Assembly (NCBI GenBank): GCA_030390025.1
Contig: JASTWF010000033.1
Location: forward strand, 1,180,001-1,244,000
Length of the DNA stretch: 64,000 nt
Source of the DNA: Squalus acanthias
Lineage: Eukaryota
Direction of reading: 5' to 3'
The notes under the pieces are model-generated. The model ran no database searches and was not told the DNA's origin. It saw only the letters and a program-made list of their open reading frames with translations. Shown one piece after another: positions 62,341 to 64,000 of this stretch. The translations under genes were made by a program, and so were the position numbers. Position 1 is the first letter of the stretch. The number at the start of each line of letters is the position of its first letter.

Positions 62341-62765
62341 ACAAAGCGCACAACGGGTAGCCTCGCACCCAGCCTGGGGGATTGTTTTTCAGTCTCACAC
62401 TGGGTGACCGATTTACTGCACAAACATTGAACACACCACATCGCTTAAACATTGTCAACTGTTCCTGTATACATCTGGGCAGAGTGTCAATCGAAAGTTA
62501 CAGAGAAAGAGCTCTTTAATCTAACAAAACTCATTCTAAAATTTATTATCGCACCACCGCTGAACAGCCCCCCCCGCCCCTCCAACACTGTCCCGGTAAA
62601 AAGAGAGCCGGCGGGACCCCAACTGGATTCGAACCAGCAGCGGGCGGTTGGAGCCGGATCTAACGTAGTTCGGGCCCATTTCTTTGGTAGACGCGAGCTC
62701 AGAAGTGGAAAATCTCTCCTGAATCGTTCCTCTTATAGTGAAGGAGACAAAAAGTAACTAAAACC

Positions 62766-62838
62766 TGCCGAAATCCGGGATCGAACCAGGGACCTTTAGA
62801 TCTTCAGTCTAACGCTCTCCCAACTGAGCTATTTCGGC
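62766..62838 (-). tRNA. tRNA-Phe(GAA), near intact
   Basis: Reverse complement GCCGAAATAGCTCAGTTGGGAGAGCGTTAGACTGAAGATCTAAAGGTCCCTGGTTCGATCCCGGATTTCGGCA. Confidence 0.95.
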
Positions 62839-63716
62839 CTCACAGCAAATTCCATCTTGTGTCATTCTTTTGGAGGATTTTCTAACCCCGGGTGGCATTA
62901 CTCCTCCGGCTCATTCCTCACTTCGGGCAATGTGACCCGACCAGATCTCGGAGCTCAGGTTGTGTTCATGTAAAGCTGGGTTTTGGATAAAGATACAAAG
63001 CTGACACAGCCGGGGGGACCTCACCGTGTTGGACACAGCGTGGAATGAACCAATACAGTTACAGAACACAACACATGTGTAAAATTCAATGTTCTTTTCT
63101 CCGCACTGATGGGTTGTGAAGGGAGAGACGGGCCGAAGTCTCACTGAGCCGCACTGAGACAAGCTGAAATGATGTCAAGTTCAATCTTCAGCCGCAGGTA
63201 TGGTGCTCCCACACAGAACTGAAAATGCCCAGGCTGCATCCCGGCCTGTGGTCTCTTCGTTCCTCACTCAGTGGGCAATACAGGAAGGGCTCAGGCCTAA
63301 TGAATATCTTCATGCTCAGGTTAAGTTATCACTGCCCAGGCACTCTCTGATTCCAGTCTTGCACACGTTGCTAAGTTTCGAATGCTGCATTTTTCACACT
63401 GGCAACGAATTGATTGATAGCCGTGCCTGTAATAAGCTAAGTTTGTTAGGGAGATGCAGTGGGCAAGAAGATACACGGAAGACTGATAATAACCGTGACT
63501 GTCCTGACACTGTGAACTGCAGTTAAATGTTGGCAACATTTCAATGTCAATCGGCAAGTCTAAAAGTCGACATTTCCTGCTGCCTTTGAAACAGCATGCA
63601 TTTCACAGAAATCAAGGCAGTGTATTTTGCATAACTGTTGCGTTAGATCAGGGGCGAGCATCGTTTCGCGAATGTGCGTTGAATGGTGGCATTTCAAACA
63701 GCCCCAAAACGCACTG

Positions 63717-63780
63717 TTCCCTGACCGGGAATCGAACCCGGGCCGCGGCGGTGAGTGCGCCGCATCCTAACCACCAGGGA
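63717..63780 (-). pseudogene. tRNA-Glu(CTC) pseudogene, 8-nt D-arm deletion
   Basis: As 61679-61750 but missing ccactaga. Confidence 0.85.
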
Positions 63781-64000
63781 AGCTACAGCAAGCTCCCTGC
63801 CAGAAAGCACAGCAAGGCAGTCTTTCCTGCGTGCTCCTTTGAAATTCAGATGCTTTCGCGCCAGGCAAACTGTTCGTACAAAATGACATTTTTTAGTTGA
63901 GAACACAAAAGACGTGTTCGCGAAACCACGGCAGCAAGTGCTGATAGGCATGCACTTGAAATCGATTTCCTTCTGTGCTCTGGATGTTGCCTCTACTCGG

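Larger units (their letters stand above)
59608..64000 (-). repeat. ~2038-bp tandem repeat carrying tRNA-Glu, -Ile and -Phe (2 full units plus a partial third)
   Basis: tRNA-Glu copies at 59641, 61679, 63717 (period 2038); spacers nearly identical. Confidence 0.95.

Overview
Repeat-rich vertebrate genomic DNA, most likely from a cartilaginous fish (shark). This is inferred from the CR1/L2 LINE families, a Deu-domain SINE and Penelope-like elements; there is no sign of a prokaryotic origin. The window is a decaying RNA polymerase III gene cluster built by segmental, inverted and tandem duplication. It holds about 28 tRNA genes/pseudogenes plus shorter fragments (Lys, Trp, Val, Leu, Glu, Ile, Phe) and three vault-RNA-like genes with upstream TATA elements. 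Three copies of a Penelope-like retroelement (RT + GIY-YIG) each carry a minimal hammerhead ribozyme motif in the 3' tail, and a fourth motif is decayed. Two spliceable coding exons of a NAIP-like BIR-domain gene lie on the minus strand, one of them missed by the ORF track. Also present: many nested CR1 LINEs, a solo LTR with a 4-bp TSD, a 32-bp minisatellite, a 33-bp satellite that runs into a DeuSINE body, and a ~2.04-kb Glu-Ile-Phe tRNA tandem array at the right end. All identifications come from recognising motifs by eye; no searches were run, and LINE boundaries are approximate.
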